Assembly: GCA_964016885.1 (NCBI GenBank)
Contig: OZ024745.1
Span: forward strand, 36,890,001-36,954,000
Direction of reading: 5' to 3'
DNA from: Eledone cirrhosa
Taxonomy: Eukaryota
Length of the DNA: 64,000 nt
The notes beneath the pieces were generated by a model. That model was not told where the DNA came from. It ran no database searches and saw nothing but the letters and a program-made list of their open reading frames with translations. The position numbers and the translations under genes were made by a program. Of this stretch, positions 57,579 to 64,000 are shown one piece after another (position 1 is the first letter of the stretch; each line of letters opens with the position of its first letter).

Positions 57579-57983
57579 TAATTGTTTCTACTTTTGGCAC
57601 AAGGCCAGCAATTATCCCAGTACATTACTAGTACTTTATTTTATCGACCCCGTAAGGTTGAAAGGCAAAGTTAACCTCGGTGGGATTTGAACTCAGACCG
57701 TAAAGGACCATAACTCTGTGGTGCAAAGCATGGCGTCCGACCCTCTACCGATACTGCCAATAATCTGTGGCAGAGTGAGTAAAGTGTCACGCAAAATATT
57801 CTTGGCAGTATTGGTAGAGGGTCGGACGCCATGCTTTGCAGCAAAGAGTTACGTCCCTTTATGGTCCGAGTTCAAATCTCGCCGAGGTTAACTTTGCCTT
57901 TCATCCTTACAGGGTCGATAAAATAAAGCACCAGTAATACACTGGGATAATTGCTGGCCTTGTGCCAAAAGTAGAAACAATTA
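57579..57983. mobile_element. Head-to-head inverted pair of young family 2 SINEs
   Basis: 57579-57760(-) and 57803-57983(+), separated by about 42 bp. Confidence 0.9.
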
Positions 57984-59499
57984 TATCATTAAGGTCTGTC
58001 TTCAAATCATATCATTATTAGTTTGATGGACTGGCAAAATTGTTAATAAAATATTTTGTAGCTCTACATTGTCTGTGTTCAAATCTGACCACGGTCAACT
58101 TTATTTTTTCGACCCTGGAAAGGTGAACGACAAAGTACCACTCAAATACTGGGTCAATAGAATTGACATTTCCTCTCATTCTTAGTTACTGGCCTTCTGT
58201 CTAAATTAGAAATTATTATCCATTTCATTAGATCTTACATTCTTTCTTCAAAACATTCCAAGGTTAATCCTTTCATGATTGTATATCTTATGAAACACTA
58301 TTTCAATTAATTAATAAAGAATTTTGAGTGATTTACTAAAATTATTATCTTGTTACTAAGAAAGTAACCTAACATTATGGAAAATTATGTTGTAAGGTTT
58401 TAATTATGCTAGCGTAGAAAGTGTACAGATGATGATGATGTTTGAAAACATCAGTTGATAGATGTCAAATATAAATCCCCTCTTTATCAAAGGATCCTTA
58501 ATTTTTTAATTTTTTTTATTTTATTGCTCTGAGTTACTTTCTTTATACATTAAACATATATGCAATTCTATCAGGTGACAAATTGGCAGAGTTGTTAGAG
58601 CCTTGGATAGAACATCTGGTGTTATTTGTTCTGTTTCTCTGAGCTCAAATCTTGTCATGGTCAACTTTGTCTTTCAGGGTTGATTTATGATGTGATAAAA
58701 AAAATAATATCAGTCTATAAAGTGTTGGATGAGATATCTTGCGGCTTATCATAGTCAGAGGCCAGATAGGTTGGAGCAACCTCATATTGTTAATACAACA
58801 CATTCCACTCATACTTTCTCCCAACATAACCCATTTTTAGTAACAATAATTTCCAAATGTTTTCAACAGGGCGGATACCATTAAAGGCAACCAAGAGCCA
58901 GGTGGTGGTATTAAACAGGACAATAGATGAAGGTTAACATCCACTCATAATTATTCCCAACATAACCCACTTTTAGCAAAAACAATCTTTATATTCAACA
59001 TTGGGTCATGTCTTCAAGGATAGAACCAAAAGATTTATGCAGGCTAGGTTTTTCCTTCATTCTCCCAGTGCCCCCCAAAAATATAATTTCCACCTCTATG
59101 CCAGTTCAGTTGTCATCCTACATGAACGTATCTCATATGAGATCTCTCAGGTGTTTCAATGATAGGGGTCCCAGTTCCATTGTGAAAACCAATATGAAAT
59201 TAAGTGTTTCCTCAAGAACACAATGTGTCATCCAGTTTAGAAATCAAATTCACAACCTTATGATTGTAAGTTTAACCCCCTAACCAATAAGCCATGTACC
59301 TTCTCCCAATCTAATGAGAAGTTCATGACTAACAAGCCTGTTAGGTCAATTGAAATTATCAAAAAAAAATTAAAATAAATGAATAAATCAGAGATTATTT
59401 TTCCCCTCTTTAAAAATTCCACAAATTTGAAGAAACTCGAAGATATTGTTATTTGAGGTATTATATTGAAAATAAGCAAAGTGACATCCTGTAATGTTC

Positions 59500-60250
59500 T
59501 TTCTTGGTCAACTTGTAGCAATCCCATTCACTCAATTGCACTTGGTAAACATGCGGCAGTCATTATATTCACCACAAATACACTTGTTCAAAATGAATGA
59601 ATGCTACCATTCACCACATCCCACTTATTCAACATGTAGCCGTCCTACATTCACTACTCTTACACTTAACCTAACCCCTCTTGAAAAACATGTAGTTTTA
59701 TATTCACATCGCATTCACACTTTGGTCAACATGCAGTAATTCTATATTCAACCCTCTCACCACCTTCACCATTTGGCCAACATGCAGCAGTTTTATATAT
59801 TCACATCATCACATCACACTTCGCCAACATGAAGCATTCTAGCCTTCACACTTGATCAACTAGTGGCAGTCTTTATGTTCACCACATGACATGTGGTCAA
59901 CATGCAGCGGCATACATTCACACCATCTTACTTGGTCAACAGCTCGCAGGTTTACATTCATCACATATTGGTATATTTTACATATTAGTCAACATTTAGG
60001 AGGCTACATTTATCACATCACTCATGTACATATTATAAAACAATGAACATGTAGCAAGTCTACAAATCCTCACATCACCATTGTGTATAATTTACAAACC
60101 AATCAACATATAGTAGTCCTACATTCACCACATCATACTTAGTCAACATGTAGCCATGTAGCAGTCCTATATTCACCACAACACACATTTTAGTCAACAT
60201 GTAGCAGTCACCCATGTGTATATTTTACAAACCAATCAACTGAATAGTAG
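59500..60250. repeat. Degenerate ~40-bp minisatellite
   Basis: Recurrent ATTCACCACATCACACTTGGTCAACATG(C/T)AGCAGTC-like unit. Confidence 0.85.
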
Positions 60251-61553
60251 TGTCAATGAAAGACATAAAAGATAAGAGATGAATTAACAGAAATTAACAG
60301 ACAGAATTGAAATCAAGGACAAAAAAAAATGATTGTTTTGTTTTGTTTGTTTTTTGGGGAGGTTGTTTGTTTTCTTTTTGGAGGGAAGGGAGTGTTATTG
60401 TTTTGTTCATTTGTCTTCTTTTACATATTTGTCTGTCTGTGTTCAATCCGTTTCATGTCTGCTTTTACTGCAACGCAATGCCGAAGGTAAATATTTCAGT
60501 GAACCACCTGCCATGTAGAATGCGATAATGCCGGTCACAATCATGGTGAAGTAAGCAACCATTATCGTTATTATATACTGCGTTGAAATATGTTCACGGC
60601 TCAATCCATTCAGATATGTCTAAATAAAATAAGAAATAAGAAATAAATTAATACAAATGTTTAAACAGAAGTTTTTATATGAATGATATAAAATTTCATT
60701 TATGTATTTATTTTGCAAGATTCTTGATGTGAAATCATGTGTTGAAACAGATATTGTTATACAGTATGACCGTCCCAAATTATATTAACAATGTAATTAC
60801 CAATTTGAAACAAAATATAGAAACAAAACTATTCCTGACTCAATTGTTTCTATTGGTTGCTAGGCAACCATGTTATCATACTACAGATGCCTTGCCATTC
60901 CTTATTCTTGAATTAAATCAAGGTTTTATCTGCTGTATAAAGGGATGGATTGGTAGAATAGAATCACTAGAGCATCAGACAAAATGCTTTCTGATATTGA
61001 ACTGACATTTTGCTCTGAGTTTTTTAATTGCACTATGGTCAACTTCGCATTCATTTTTCTGGGTTCAATGAAATTAAAGTACCAGTTTAGGGCAGTGAAC
61101 TGGCAGAATTGCTAGAACATTAAACAAAAAGACCTGTGGGATTTGTTCCAGCTCTTTAACTGTTTGGGCTTGCCTGTGGTAATACTTGTGCCAAACTATA
61201 TCAACCAGCTTCCTTCCCTTAAATAACATCAATGGCGTTGAGAGAATAGATAAGTTGCATAGTCATCTATTAAACACATACATAAGCCAGGCATGCACTC
61301 TGGAGAGAAATTTTCCAAGTACCAGAATACACATGTCTGTACAATACTCAGTGAACTACACAATTGAACAAGTAAGCTTTCCATTATCAGAGCAACTGAA
61401 TGACATCTGGTTGAAACTAACAGAAGTTCATTTACTTTAACCCTTCTGATACCAAACCACCTGAAACCACTCCTGGTTCTACAATACAAAATTGTTTATT
61501 TTAAAGAGCTTAAAGTTATCTAAAAATCCTTCCATCAGAATTTTATGTAAGAA

Positions 61554-62520
61554 CTAGCAACAGTACCCAGCATTGCCTGGGTAGGTAAAATAATATCTGG
61601 TTTGATGAAAAGGTGTTGATCTTAGCAATTGCTTCTCGATGACTCATCTATGCGGGAGAGGGTGGTGATGACTTCTATCACTGAGAAACGTGGGTGACTG
61701 ACGAAGGGGCATGCTAGGGAGGGAGGTAATGACCTCTAACACTAAGCCAAATTTCCTCACGCTACTTGATTGGAAACCGATGAATTCTCAAATACACAAC
61801 TAAAAGCTCAGACGACGTCAGTGGCCATCGTTTTGCCTTTGACCATCTATAAGATGTGCAATGATAGGTTCTATCGTAGTATAAAAGTTGAACCAAATAA
61901 ATTGATTTATGTGTGAGGTGGAGCCAAAGTTTCGAATTTGAACGAAATCGGTTAAAAAATGTGGGAGCTAGAGCTGAAAAGGTGGAAATTTGAGCGAAAA
62001 GGTGGTATTTTCGAATATTTAAGCAGCTGCCACGGTGTTCCTGAACAAAAAATCTAAAATATAAAGCCACTTTAAAAGGTGAAATAGTCAGATCTAGCGT
62101 AGTGCAAAATTTGATTAATGTGGGAGCTAGAGCCGAAAAAGTGGAAATTTGAGTCTAAAAGTGGTATTTTTGAATATTTAAGTGGCTGCCACACCGTCCC
62201 TGAACAACTGCAAAATATAAAGCCATTACAGGATGTGCAATGATAAATTCTATTTTGCTTTAAAATGTGAACGAAATTGGTGGCAAAATGTGGGAGCTAG
62301 AGCCTAAAATCATATATTTCGATACCTAAAATAAGGTGATCCCCCCCTATCGATTTTATCTGCAGAATGACCCCGGAATAAAAAAAACGATACGCTGATA
62401 TATAGAAAACACTCCCCGATGACTAATCTATGAGCCTGTAAAGTTTCATGAAAATCGGTCGTAAGATGTAGGCCCCTATAAGTAAAACACAGACACACAC
62501 ACACACACACACACACATAC
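61554..62520 (-). mobile_element. Non-autonomous Helitron, interrupted near its 5' end by the RTE LINE
   Basis: 3' CTAG|T at 61554, hairpin ACCCAG cattgc CTGGGT, internal repeats AATGTGGGAGCTAGAGC x3, and the same (CA)n subterminal layout as 51960-52606. Confidence 0.75.
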
Positions 62521-62522
62521 TT

Positions 62523-64000
62523 AATTTTAAGCAAGAGCAATTAGAGTCGTACAAGGTAGAGGAACAGTGGGAATTCCTGAAAGCAAACCTGCTGATGGCG
62601 GCAGACGAAGTCTGTGGCTGGAGCAGGCCTGTAGGCAGGAGGAGAGTAACATGGTGGTGGAACAGTAAGGTGGAAGGGTCAATCAAGGCCAAAAAGCAGG
62701 CTTGGAAAGCATGGCGGGATGGGGGAAGTAGAGAAGACTATCAAGTGGCCAGGAGGGAAGCTAGGAGACAAGTGTACTTCGCAAGAAGGGAAGCAGAGGA
62801 AAGAAAGTTCAAGCATGTTCTACAACGCGAGGACCAAAAACGTGAGGTGTTCAGGATTGCTAGGCAATGTGTCAAGGAAAACCGTGATATTGTCGGGGAG
62901 AAGTGTGTACTTAACGATGATGGCGTACTTGCCATCACCGACGCTGATAAGAAGGTAGCTTGGAAGTGTCACTACGAAAGGCTACTAAATGAGGAGAATA
63001 AATGGGAGAAAGACAGTCTCCCCCACATCAATCCAATAGAGGGACCAGCAGTGTTAGTCGAAGGTAGTATAATAAGTAAGGCAATCAAAGATATGAAGAC
63101 AGGTAAGGCGGCTGGGCCTTCGGAAATAGTTGATGAGATGCTGAAAGCCTCCGGTACGGTGGGACACACCATGGTCACCCGGATAGTAAACCAAGTCATA
63201 CAGAATGGGGTTGTTCCGAAGGACTGGCGTAGCAGCATCATCGTTAACTGTTACAAGGGTAAAGGAGACGCCCTAGATAGGAGTAACTATAGAGGCATTA
63301 AATTAATCGACCAGGTCATGAAGGTCACAGAAAAAGTAATAGCGCAACTAATCAGAGAGAGAATTGATCTAGATGAAATGCAGTTCGGGTTTGTGTCAGG
63401 CAAAAGTACCACAGACGCTCTTTTCATTGTACGACAACTACAGGAGAAGTACCTAGCTAAAAGTAAACCCCTATACTTAGCTTTTGTCGACTTGGAGAAA
63501 GCCTTCGACAGAGTCCCCCGTTCCATTATCTGGTGGGCTCTTAGAAAACTAGGTGTTGACGAATGGCTTGTGAGAGCCATACAAGCCATGTATAAAGAAA
63601 CAGTCAGCAAGGTTAGAATTAACAACGAATATAGTGAAGAGTTTAGCGTAAAAGTTGGTGTCCATCAGGGCTCTGTTCTTAGCCCCCTACTATTTATTAT
63701 TGCCCTTCAGGCTATAACAGAGGAGTTCAAGACCGGCTGCCCATGGGAACTCCTATACGCAGATGATCTAACGCTCATAGCTGAATCAATGGCCAAGCTA
63801 GAGAAGAAATTCCAAACATGGAAGCACGGCCTAGAATCAAAAGGCCTTAAAATTAACCTGGCTAAGACTAAAGTTCTAGTTTGTAGGAAAGAAAATAAGG
63901 CGCCGGTCCCCTCCGGGAAATGGCCATGCTCAGTGTGTAGGAAAGGCGTAGGTAGAAACTCCATTTTATGTCCCAAATGCAAAGTATGGGTGCATAAAAG
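62523..64000 (+). CDS. RTE-clade LINE ORF (reverse transcriptase), 5'-truncated, open to the window end
   Basis: One frame read without a stop: TWWWN, GKAAGPS, NYRGIKLID, MQFGFVSGKSTTDA, AFVDLEKAFDRVPR, GVHQGSVLSPLLF, LLYADDL, GLKINLAKTK, WPCSVCRKGVGRNSILCPKCKVWVHK. It is absent from the ORF track because no stop is reached. Confidence 0.95.

Noticed and set aside
58735-58940. Coding-looking stretch on the minus strand (QYEVAPTYLASDYDKPQ)
   Set aside because: No recognisable domain or supported splice structure; it would need BLASTX or RNA-seq.
59500-60250. Possible CRISPR-like array
   Set aside because: Units are degenerate along their whole length, there are no unique spacers, the context is eukaryotic and no cas genes are present.
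62719-63982. Short ORFs listed over the RTE region, mostly on the minus strand
   Set aside because: Shadow frames of the plus-strand RT ORF.

Overview
AT-rich, microsatellite-saturated eukaryotic intergenic or intronic DNA. The repeat landscape resembles an octopus/cephalopod genome (inference from recalled SINE and RTE motifs, not from a search). I found no credible host protein-coding gene; most listed ORFs are translations of (TA)n, (CA)n or (GA)n tracts. The window is a pile-up of mobile elements: a full-length decayed hAT transposon with TIRs and an 8-bp TSD (26543-30850), Penelope-like elements (PLEs), CRE-, R4/Dong- and RTE-clade LINEs (the RTE frame is open to the window end), two non-autonomous Helitrons, a Tc1/mariner-type MITE and many tRNA-derived SINEs. 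The most striking signal is a set of short (TA)n-inserted fold-back elements, each an inverted repeat plus a unique tail. Several carry type I hammerhead ribozyme (HHR) motifs, two families have non-canonical cores shared by all copies (CCGAUGA, CAGAAGA), and the inversion/truncation breakpoints repeatedly fall in the loop of HHR stem II. Also notable: a two-tRNA convergent cassette present in flipped isomers, and an apparent templated insertion copied from an inverted locus about 4 kb away. All alignments and folds were done by eye, so boundaries are approximate unless stated.
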